DNA of 7,669 nucleotides from Escherichia coli (GTDB lineage Bacteria; Pseudomonadota; Gammaproteobacteria; Enterobacterales; Enterobacteriaceae): NCBI RefSeq assembly GCF_003334335.1, contig NZ_QOWQ01000071.1; one strand, 5' to 3'. Shown piece by piece: positions 1 to 7,669 of this stretch (position 1 is its first letter; each line of letters starts with the position of its first letter). The notes under the pieces were generated by a model. It saw only the letters and a program-made list of their open reading frames with translations, ran no database searches and was not told where the DNA came from. The position numbers and the translations under genes were made by a program.

Positions 1-144
1 CGTTCCAGTTTACATAAGATCATTGATACTCAACGTATCGACATGATCATTGTTGATGAAGGCATTCCTGCGGATAGTCTGGAAGGCTTGCGAAAGGCTG
101 GGGTTGAAGTGATTCTGGTCGGGGAGCTCGCGTCTTCGCTGTGA
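1..144 (+). CDS. 3' end (last 47 codons plus stop) of a DeoR-family transcriptional regulator gene, possibly AgaR-like; 5' part lies outside the window
   Basis: Frame 1 is open from position 1 to TGA at 142-144 and reads ...[47 protein letters not shown]. This matches the typical C-terminal pattern of DeoR-family sugar-binding domains. Identity as AgaR is from memory only. Confidence 0.5.
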
Positions 145-149
145 TTCAC

Positions 150-180
150 TATGCCCGATAAACAAGCGTTATCGGGCATA
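150..180. terminator. Perfect inverted repeat (12-bp stem, 7-nt loop) between the two convergent genes; possible bidirectional terminator or RNA-stabilising hairpin
   Basis: TATGCCCGATAA (150-161), loop ACAAGCG (162-168), TTATCGGGCATA (169-180); the arms are exact reverse complements. No U/T tract follows on either strand, so it is not a canonical intrinsic terminator. Confidence 0.3.
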
Positions 181-206
181 ATACAACTTAATGTATGAAG
201 AGAATA

Positions 207-1380
207 TCAGGCCACCGGTGCCGGGTTAAACACTGCCAGTTGGTTATGCAATCCCCATTGATCCGAGAGGGTTTTCTTCTTCCCGCTGGCGACGTCGAGA
301 ATAAAGTGGAACAACTTCCAGCCCACCTCTTCAATGGTTTCTTCGCCGGTAGCGATAGTGCCTGCGTTAATATCCATTAAATCAAACCAGTGGTTCGCCA
401 GCCCGGTGCGGGTCGCCATTTTAATGACGGGTACCTCCATCAGGCCGTACGGCGTACCACGGCCGGTCGTAAACACTTGCACGGTGATACCCGAAGCCAC
501 CTGTTGCGTGCCACAGACAAAATCGCTGGCTGGCGTCGCGGCGTAAATTAATCCGCGTTTAGTCGGGTGTTGACCGGGCGACAGCACTTCAACAATTGCG
601 GTTTTACCCGATTTAGCAATGGAGCCGAGTGCTTTCTTTACCACGTTGGCGAGGCCGCCCTTTTAGTTGCCCGGCGAAGGGTTGGCGCTGCGGTCGGTTT
701 TGCCCATATCGGGATAGTTATCGTATCAGGCCATCTCTTCGAGCAGACGCCTGCCCACTTCTTCATTGATGGCGCGTGGCGTTAACAGATGAATGGCGTC
801 GCGTACTTCAGTGACTTCGGAGAACATCACCGTTGCGCCGCAGCGCACCAGCAGGTCAGAGTCGTAGCCGACAGCGGGGTTAGTGGTAACGCCGGAGAAC
901 GCGTCGCTGCCACCGCACTGCATGCCCACCACCATCACTTCGCCACCGAAGTTTGGGTTCAGCGCAATATTATGGATGGTGCGAATTGGCACCACGGCGG
1001 CCGGTACATTAATCGCTACGCCACAGCCGTAGAGGTGGTTCAAGTCGACCACGCCGTCGATGCTCAGGTATTTCGGCAGCAGGTCGCGTTCGATAATTTT
1101 AACCACGTAGTCCTCAACGTCTGCCATGCAGTGAACGCTGGTGGTAATACCCAACAGGTTTTTGGTGCCCACGCTGCCGTCGGCGTTGCGGTAACCTTCA
1201 AAGGTGTAATCTTCCTGCGGCGGCTGCGGCTCCGGCACTTTGGTCGCCCGAGGCAGGGTGTTAAGCGGCGGCGCTTTCGGTAGCGTGACCGTGGATTCGT
1301 CGATCCAGCTGCCTTTGGCGACATCGCGTACCGTGTAACCGATAGCGAATGATTTCACCATTATGAGGAAGGTTGTTATC
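207..1380 (-). pseudogene. garD: garD-like D-galactarate dehydratase (UxaA/GarD altronate-hydrolase family), disrupted by two in-frame stops, a 5' frameshift, an apparent internal in-frame deletion and loss of the native N-terminus
   Basis: ORFs 726..1457(-) and 207..644(-) are in the same frame. They are separated by TGA (plus-strand tca 726-728) and TAA (tta 663-665), reading ...[46 protein letters not shown]..., with conserved family segments ([35 protein letters not shown]) on both sides. Near 1341 the conserved NGEIIRY is in a different frame from the following [18 protein letters not shown]. Around 927-935 the protein reads [19 protein letters not shown], which looks like a fusion of two motifs that are about 70 residues apart in UxaA/GarD as I recall them. 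The 5' boundary is uncertain. Confidence 0.8.
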
Positions 1381-2568
1381 CCTTTTCTGGCGTATTCGTC
1401 ATTCCATTCGTATCCCCGGTACCGGATGTTTATATCGTACAGTGCCGGTGCTGGCATGCTTTCCTGCAGGTCTGCACCGGTTTAACAAACAAAACTTAAC
1501 AGAGTCTGAAGGAGTAGTATTCCGTGCAAATAACCGAAGCGTTACTTTCAGAGCCGGGAGATATCTGGCGTTTTGTTCAGCAGGCGGTGGACCACTGGCC
1601 GCGTCTGCTGGCAGTCCACTTCACGCGTCATTCGACCAGAGTAAATATTGATGATTACTAGATTCGTGTATTTTATCAGGCATTTTACTTGCGAATAAAT
1701 CCCCTTGCTATCCAGCGAAACCACACAGGTAGCTATTACCATATGTGGTAATACACTAGTTACAGGAAAAATATGCAAGTTCCGCAATACGTTGTGTGTT
1801 GCTCCTTAGCCAGGATCTTTTCTTCCATGCGAGATATGACAACAATTTTGAGGAAGGATGTTCGTAACTGGTAGAGTTACTACAACAAGCATGGGAGGCT
1901 CTGACTCTGACAGACATTGTACTGTGGAATGTTGTTACAGGTTGGGGCGGCAACCGTGCCAGGAGACCATGAGCCGTTCACGGCATTAAAGGCCACACTT
2001 CAGTCGTTTACATTCCCTATGGTGGCAGGCATCTTCCATTAAGGCGTCAGAGCGTTACCAACGTTATGTTGTCATGGCTCATCTTTCATAGTCGATGCTT
2101 ATCTGGTGGCTGAAACTAGCCGCAGATAAAGAGTGTGAAGTTGATACCATGGAGTGGAGTGACGTGCAGGCAGGAGATTCGCTCTATGCAGGGTTGTGAG
2201 ATGAATTCAAACCGGCTGGCAGCGCCAGTGATATTCGAAGATTCGTCCGGTTGTTACCCAGTATGCATTAAAAACCCAGACATTATGGACAATATAACGG
2301 CTTCTACAACAAGGAAGTGCCTGTTTACCATCCGGGTGTAATGACTCACCTTTGTGGGCTTTTGCCCGTCGCGCTCTTAACGTTGAAGACATTCTCTGCC
2401 TGCCGATTCAGGACTGCGACAAAAGCCATATCTGGCTACTGGTCAAGGATGACCAGCGTCTGGAGTAGGTGATAAGCCAAATAGATAAGCTGGAATATGT
2501 GGTGAAAGTGCAACGTAATCAGTCCAATCCGACGATGTTTAACAAGATTGTGGTGTTTTTTCAGTAAG

Positions 2569-3351
2569 TCATTCGTCTTCTGAATCAGGTGTAATGATCT
2601 TTACAGAACCATTCTGGCAGTGCGTAACATAGTCTGCCGGTAACGGACGATCGCTAATCAGAACGTCAAATGCAGAGATCGGTGCGAGGCTGGCAGAGGC
2701 CACTTCATCGAACAACGCGTGGCGGGCGAGCAAAATTTTCCGTAGTCCACGGTTCATCGCTTTACGCTTAGTGGCAAGATCTTCAGGGTTAAACCAGCTG
2801 ACGCCAAAGTGATTATGCACACCGCTGGCGGAAATAAATATTTTTCGCGGATTGAGAGAGTCTAATGGCGAAGAGTTACTGGCATCGTAAAAAGCATCAC
2901 TTCTGGCACGATACGTACCACCACAAAGTATTGCTGTTACATTAGGCTTTTCATTCAACGCAACAAAGACGCGATGTGAGTAACAGATACCGGTGAAGGT
3001 GATTGCATCCGGGATCATGCTTATAACGAGTGGTATCTCCTGGCCATTATCAAAGAAGATCAGATCATTTTCATTAACCATTCCGGCAGCCAGAATTGCA
3101 ATAGGTAAGTCATCACGATGATTTTTTGGAACGTCATGGATTACTGGCATGGATGGCGCGGGTTTATTCACCATTACAATATAGCCACCCAGTAGGGTCA
3201 GTGGCAGAGGTTCATCTTCCTGATGGAGATCGCGACGAATAGTCATTACAGAAACTTCCAGCATTCGCGCTGCGTCTTTCAAATGGATTCTGTCGGTTTT
3301 CTTAAGCAGTTCCATCAAACGTCGGATACGCTCTTTTTGCTTCGTTTCCAT
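2569..3351 (-). CDS. deoQ: DeoR-family transcriptional regulator (N-terminal HTH, C-terminal sugar-phosphate-binding domain); probable repressor of the adjacent deoxyribose operon
   Basis: ORF 2569..3354(-). The N-terminus ...KERIRRLMELLKKTDRIHLKDAARMLEVSVMTIRRDL... matches the DeoR HTH signature. The likely start is ATG at 3349-3351 (the track's first M is a TTG), with a GGAGAG Shine-Dalgarno about 9 nt upstream on the minus strand. It is divergent from a sugar kinase/permease operon, the arrangement described for Salmonella and pathogenic E. coli deoQ-deoKPX. Confidence 0.8.
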   Translation of the reverse strand: METKQKERIRRLMELLKKTDRIHLKDAARMLEVSVMTIRRDLHQEDEPLPLTLLGGYIVMVNKPAPSMPVIHDVPKNHRDDLPIAILAAGMVNENDLIFFDNGQEIPLVISMIPDAITFTGICYSHRVFVALNEKPNVTAILCGGTYRARSDAFYDASNSSPLDSLNPRKIFISASGVHNHFGVSWFNPEDLATKRKAMNRGLRKILLARHALFDEVASASLAPISAFDVLISDRPLPADYVTHCQNGSVKIITPDSEDE

Positions 3352-3371
3352 CAACTCTCTCTCCGTAAGAA

Positions 3372-3387
3372 TGTTATAAAAATAACA
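3372..3387. promoter_or_regulatory. Candidate operator: 16-bp palindrome TGTTATAAAAATAACA (part of the perfect 8-4-8 inverted repeat AATGTTAT-AAAA-ATAACATT at 3370-3389), just upstream of the deoQ ribosome-binding site
   Basis: Inverted repeat verified base by base. The outer arms TGTTA...TAACA are the same as the E. coli DeoR operator palindrome as I recall it (TGTTAGAA..TTCTAACA). Location is 20-40 bp upstream of the deoQ start. Confidence 0.4.
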
Positions 3388-3597
3388 TTTTGGCGTTAGT
3401 AAACATTGTTTTCATTACCATACTATACGACCGCCCCTTTGAAATGAAAAGGGTATAGGCTGCTGAGTTTTGGGCACTAATCTTTTTAGGTTGCTTATGA
3501 TTAGATAGTGTTGGCCTGAGTGATGAGACTGGAAGTCTATTAAATAAGCATCGGGTTGATGTGCTAATCGCGATCTCAGTCACAAATGATGCAAAAG

Positions 3598-3631
3598 TAA
3601 CATGCTAATGTTATTTAAATACCATTGTTAT
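3598..3631. promoter_or_regulatory. Cluster of the same half-site just upstream of deoK: TAACAT-GCTA-ATGTTA inverted repeat (3598-3613), AATGTTAT (3607-3614) and ATTGTTAT (3624-3631)
   Basis: Recurrence of the ATGTTA/TAACAT hexamer seen in the 3370-3389 palindrome, here 25-60 bp upstream of the deoK start. The region is AT-rich, so chance occurrence is possible. Confidence 0.25.
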
Positions 3632-3656
3632 GCGAAAGTTTATAAGAGGTAGTGAA

Positions 3657-4577
3657 ATGGACATTGCAGTTATTGGTTCCAATATGGTGGATCTCATTAC
3701 TTACACTAATCAGATGCCTAAAGAAGGAGAAACTCTGGAAGCACCTGCCTTCAAAATCGGATGTGGTGGGAAAGGTGCTAATCAAGCGGTGGCGGCGGCT
3801 AAATTGAATTCAAAAGTCCTGATGCTGACTAAAGTAGGTGATGATATTTTTGCGGATAATACTATTCGTAATCTCGAATCATGGGGAATTAATACCACTT
3901 ATGTTGAGAAGGTCCCCTGTACCAGCAGTGGTGTTGCACCGATCTTTGTTAATGCCAACTCGAGCAATAGTATATTAATAATTAAGGGAGCGAATAAATT
4001 TCTTTCCCCGGAAGATATCGATCGAGCTGCAGAAGATCTGAAAAAATGCAAATTGATCGTTTTACAACTGGAAGTTCAACTGGAAACAGTTTACCACGCG
4101 ATTGAGTTTGGTAAGAAAAATGGTATTGAAGTGTTATTAAATCCGGCTCCGGCATTGCGTGAGTTAGATATGTCTTATGCCTGCAAATGTGATTTCTTTA
4201 TTCCGAATGAAACAGAACTGGAAATATTAACCGGTATGTCGGTTGATACTTATGATCATATTCGTTTGGCCGCACGTTCGTTAGTTGATAAAGGGCTGAA
4301 CAATATTATTGTTACCATGAGCGAAAAAGGCGCATTATGGATGACCCGCGATCAGGAAGTCCATGTTCCTGCATTCAAAGTAAATGCTGTTGATACTAGT
4401 GGCGCTGGTGACGCATTTATTGGTTGCTTTTCCCATTATTATGTTCAAAGCGGTGATGTTGAAGCCGCTTTGAAAAAAGCCGCTCTCTTTGCCGCTTTCA
4501 GCGTCACAGGGAAAGGTACGCAATCATCTTATCCGAGTATTGAACAATTTAATGAATTTTTAACCTTAAACGAATAA
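3657..4577 (+). CDS. deoK: PfkB/ribokinase-family sugar kinase; probable 2-deoxyribokinase
   Basis: ORF 3630..4577(+). The preferred start is ATG 3657 (MDIAVIGSNMVDL...), with AAGAGG 6 nt upstream. It carries the ribokinase N-terminal GG motif (KIGCGGKGANQAVAAAKLN) and the C-terminal anion-hole motif (AVDTSGAGDAFIG). First gene of a kinase-permease-unknown operon divergent from a DeoR regulator. Confidence 0.85.
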   Translation: MDIAVIGSNMVDLITYTNQMPKEGETLEAPAFKIGCGGKGANQAVAAAKLNSKVLMLTKVGDDIFADNTIRNLESWGINTTYVEKVPCTSSGVAPIFVNANSSNSILIIKGANKFLSPEDIDRAAEDLKKCKLIVLQLEVQLETVYHAIEFGKKNGIEVLLNPAPALRELDMSYACKCDFFIPNETELEILTGMSVDTYDHIRLAARSLVDKGLNNIIVTMSEKGALWMTRDQEVHVPAFKVNAVDTSGAGDAFIGCFSHYYVQSGDVEAALKKAALFAAFSVTGKGTQSSYPSIEQFNEFLTLNE

Positions 4578-4604
4578 TCATCCTGCACAGTTAAAGGTAG
4601 CACT

Positions 4605-5921
4605 ATGAACGATAAAAACATCATTCAGATGCCTGATGGGTATCTGAATAAGACTCCCTTGTTCCAGTTTATTTTGTTATCGTGTTTATTCCCGCTATGG
4701 GGATGCGCAGCTGCATTAAATGACATATTAATCACTCAATTCAAAAGTGTATTTTCGCTAAGTAACTTTGCTTCAGCATTGGTGCAGAGCGCATTTTATG
4801 GAGGTTATTTTTTAATTGCAATACCAGCATCCCTTGTGATTAAAAAGACCAGTTATAAGGTGGCAATTTTAATTGGCCTGACGCTGTATATTGGTGGTTG
4901 TACACTTTTTTTCCCTGCCTCGCATATGGCAACCTACACTATGTTCCTTGCAGCTATTTTTGCGATTGCGATTGGCCTGAGTTTCCTTGAAACTGCAGCG
5001 AACACATACAGTTCAATGATCGGTCCAAAAGCCTATGCCACATTGCGGCTCAATATCAGCCAGACCTTTTATCCGATTGGTGCTGCGTCTGGTATTTTAT
5101 TGGGCAAATATCTGGTTTTCTCCGAGGGGGAAAGCCTTGAGAAGCAGATGTCCGGAATGAACGCCGAGCAAATTCACAACTTTAAGGTGCTGATGTTAGA
5201 GAACACCCTTGAACCGTATAAGTATATGATTATGATTCTGGTTGTGGTCATGGTGTTGTTCCTTTTAACCCGCTTCCCAACCTGTAAAGTGGCACAGACA
5301 AGTCACCATAAACGCCCGTCAGCAATGGATACGCTGCGCTATCTGGCTAAAAATTCGCGCTTTCGTCGTGGTATTGTGGCTCAATTCCTTTATGTGGGTA
5401 TGCAGGTCGCAGTATGGTCATTTACCATCCGTCTGGCACTGGAGTTGGGCGATATCAACGAACGTGATGCTTCAAACTTCATGGTCTACAGCTTTGCCTG
5501 CTTCTTTATTGGCAAGTTTATAGCCAACATCCTTATGACGCGTTTTAATCCGGAAAAAGTATTGATTCTCTATTCCGTTATAGGGGCGCTGTTCCTGGCA
5601 TATGTTGCACTGGCTCCAAGTTTCAGCGCGGTCTATGTCGCCGTCCTGGTAAGTGTTTTGTTTGGCCCTTGCTGGGCGACGATCTATGCAGGAACACTGG
5701 ATACAGTTGATAACGAACATACAGAAATGGCAGGAGCAGTCATTGTTATGGCTATTGTCGGTGCCGCGGTGGTTCCGGCAATTCAGGGATATATTGCAGA
5801 TATGTTCCACTCACTACAGCTTTCATTCCTGGTTTCTATGCTCTGTTTTGTCTATGTCGGTGTCTACTTCTGGCGTGAAAGCAAAGTACGTAATGCACTG
5901 GCTGAAGTCACAGAGTCCTGA
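4605..5921 (+). CDS. deoP: MFS transporter of the FucP (fucose permease) subfamily; probable deoxyribose permease
   Basis: 438-aa ORF, hydrophobic throughout with multiple predicted transmembrane segments. The N-terminal region ...LWGCAAALNDILITQFKSVFSLSNFASALVQSAFYGGYF... parallels E. coli FucP (LWAVANNLNDILLPQFQQAF...) as recalled. ATG lies 27 bp after the deoK stop, with an AAAGG ribosome-binding site. Confidence 0.85.
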   Translation: MNDKNIIQMPDGYLNKTPLFQFILLSCLFPLWGCAAALNDILITQFKSVFSLSNFASALVQSAFYGGYFLIAIPASLVIKKTSYKVAILIGLTLYIGGCTLFFPASHMATYTMFLAAIFAIAIGLSFLETAANTYSSMIGPKAYATLRLNISQTFYPIGAASGILLGKYLVFSEGESLEKQMSGMNAEQIHNFKVLMLENTLEPYKYMIMILVVVMVLFLLTRFPTCKVAQTSHHKRPSAMDTLRYLAKNSRFRRGIVAQFLYVGMQVAVWSFTIRLALELGDINERDASNFMVYSFACFFIGKFIANILMTRFNPEKVLILYSVIGALFLAYVALAPSFSAVYVAVLVSVLFGPCWATIYAGTLDTVDNEHTEMAGAVIVMAIVGAAVVPAIQGYIADMFHSLQLSFLVSMLCFVYVGVYFWRESKVRNALAEVTES

Positions 5922-5932
5922 GGAGAATCGTT

Positions 5933-6946
5933 ATGAGTACGCGTATTTATTTGTGGCGGGCGCTTTTTGGCGAAAAACCTCGTATCTTGCTGGAAAATAG
6001 TGATTTTACTGTCACGTCTTTTCGCTATGACAGTGGTGTCGAGGGGCTTAAAATTGCAAACAGTCGTGGACATTTAATTATTCTTCCCTGGATGGGGCAG
6101 ATGATTTGGGATGCGCAATTTGATGGACACAGTCTCACCATGTGCAATATGTTTCGCCAGCCTAAACCGGCGACAGAGGTGATAGAGACCTATGGCTGTT
6201 TTGCCTTTCATTCAGGTTTGCTGGCTAATGGCTGCCCATCTGCGGAAGATACTCATCTGCTACACGGTGAAATGGCCTGTGCCGCGATGGATGAAGCATG
6301 GATGGAATTAGAGGGAGATATGTTACGCCTTACCGGGCGTTACGAGTATGTAATGGGGTTCGGGCATCATTATCTGGCTCAGCCAACAGTGGTCCTTCAC
6401 AAATCCTCTACACTGTTCGATATTAAGATGGCCGTAACCAATCTGGCTTCTGTAGATATGCCACTACAATATATGTGCCACATGAATTATGCATATATAC
6501 CAAATGCTACGTTCAGCCAGAATATACCGGACGAAATATTAAGGTTGCGTGAATCAGTACCTTCGCATGTTAATCCCACCCCTCAGTGGCTGGCGTTTAA
6601 TCAACGGATTATGCAGGGGGAATCCTCTCTGTCGACGCTGAATCAACCGGAATTTTATGATCCAGAAATTGTCTTCTTTGCAGATAAACTGGACGCTTAC
6701 ACAGATCAGCCAGAGTTTCGCATGATCGCTCCCGATGGCACTACGTTTGTTACTCGTTTCTCCAGTGCTGAACTAAATTATGTGACACGCTGGATCCTTT
6801 ATAACGGCGAGCAACAGGTAGCCGCCTTTGCATTACCAGCAACCTGTCGACCTGAGGGGTATCTTGCCGCGCAACGTAATGGCACGCTGATTCAGGTTGC
6901 ACCGCAGCAAACGCGCACTTTTACAGTCACCACAGGTATTGAATAA
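5933..6946 (+). CDS. deoX: Conserved protein of unknown function, the last gene of the deoxyribose operon; possibly an aldose-epimerase/mutarotase-like enzyme (speculative)
   Basis: 337-aa ORF starting 11 bp after the deoP stop, with a GAGGAG ribosome-binding site. No catalytic motif is recognisable by eye. Position and size match the deoX gene described in deoQKPX loci. Confidence 0.7.
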   Translation: MSTRIYLWRALFGEKPRILLENSDFTVTSFRYDSGVEGLKIANSRGHLIILPWMGQMIWDAQFDGHSLTMCNMFRQPKPATEVIETYGCFAFHSGLLANGCPSAEDTHLLHGEMACAAMDEAWMELEGDMLRLTGRYEYVMGFGHHYLAQPTVVLHKSSTLFDIKMAVTNLASVDMPLQYMCHMNYAYIPNATFSQNIPDEILRLRESVPSHVNPTPQWLAFNQRIMQGESSLSTLNQPEFYDPEIVFFADKLDAYTDQPEFRMIAPDGTTFVTRFSSAELNYVTRWILYNGEQQVAAFALPATCRPEGYLAAQRNGTLIQVAPQQTRTFTVTTGIE

Positions 6947-7169
6947 CCACATTTACGCGCTTATCGCTAAGGTAAGCGCTATTCTGCCTGCAGAAATCTA
7001 CCTGCCGAAGTGATGCTTCAGTGGTAAGCGGCTCACCAAAACCGTATTGATATTTACTGAGAGGCCAGCTCAACTATTTAGAGCAACAGATCGTGTACCC
7101 GGTTTGCCGGCCAGTCCTAGATATGCTCAATGACATAACGCATCCATTTTTCTGGCTCCACATCGTTCA

Positions 7170-7669
<500 letters not shown>

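Noticed and set aside
195-785. Plus-strand ORFs 195..380, 334..546 and 567..785 opposite the garD 3' part
   Set aside because: They lie antisense to conserved GarD coding sequence and have no ribosome-binding site or recognisable motifs.
789-1283. 164-aa plus-strand ORF (and the 1064..1324 minus-strand ORF) overlapping garD
   Set aside because: Histidine- and arginine-rich, low-complexity translation on the antisense strand or an alternative frame of a GC-rich conserved gene; a typical spurious ORF.
1734-1753. Palindrome TATTACCA-TATG-TGGTAATA as a regulatory site
   Set aside because: An isolated 8-bp-arm palindrome is expected about once by chance in 7.7 kb and there is no adjacent intact gene; noted inside the 1381-2568 finding only.
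3374-3583. 69-aa minus-strand ORF in the deoQ-deoK intergenic region
   Set aside because: It covers the AT-rich regulatory region, has no ribosome-binding site, and is more likely a chance ORF in promoter/operator DNA.
3560-3584. Possible CRP site (TGTGC...TCACA)
   Set aside because: The half-sites are about 15 bp apart rather than the 6 bp of the CRP consensus TGTGA-N6-TCACA.
3630-3656. Upstream in-frame ATG at 3630 as the deoK start (the track's ORF begins MRKFIRGSEMDIAV...)
   Set aside because: The ATG at 3657 has a well-spaced AAGAGG ribosome-binding site and gives the canonical ribokinase N-terminus MDIAVIGS; the ATG at 3630 sits in the operator-like repeats with no Shine-Dalgarno sequence.
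4335-6073. Internal or antisense ORFs 4335..4523(-), 5472..5810(-), 5653..6000(+) and 5864..6073(-)
   Set aside because: All are nested within or antisense to the well-supported deoK, deoP and deoX coding sequences; the translations are cysteine/histidine-rich and low-complexity.
6957-6979. Hairpin GCGCTTA-N9-TAAGCGC after deoX as an operon terminator
   Set aside because: Only a 7-bp stem, followed by TATTCTGCC rather than a T tract; too weak to call, though some 3' structure here is plausible.

Overview
Enterobacterial (Escherichia/Shigella-like) accessory-type locus, read by eye from the sequence and ORF track. Left to right: the 3' end of a DeoR-family regulator gene (1-144); a perfect 12-bp stem-loop; a multiply disrupted garD-like galactarate dehydratase pseudogene on the minus strand (about 207-1380); roughly 1.2 kb with no intact gene (1381-2568); an AT-rich four-gene cluster that matches the known 2-deoxy-D-ribose utilisation locus deoQ / deoK-deoP-deoX (DeoR-type regulator divergent from a PfkB kinase, FucP-like MFS permease and a conserved protein of unknown function; 2569-6946); and a nested insertion-sequence structure in which an IS3-family element (orfA from 7321) is cut at 7592/7593 by the right end of IS30. 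I do not see a CRISPR array, tRNA/rRNA gene, or an obvious defence or toxin system. The core sugar cluster appears to be a known system rather than a new one. The least explained parts are DeoX function, the putative operator architecture of the deoQ-deoK intergenic region, and the gene-free 1.2 kb stretch. All family assignments are from motifs and recalled sequences, not from a database search.
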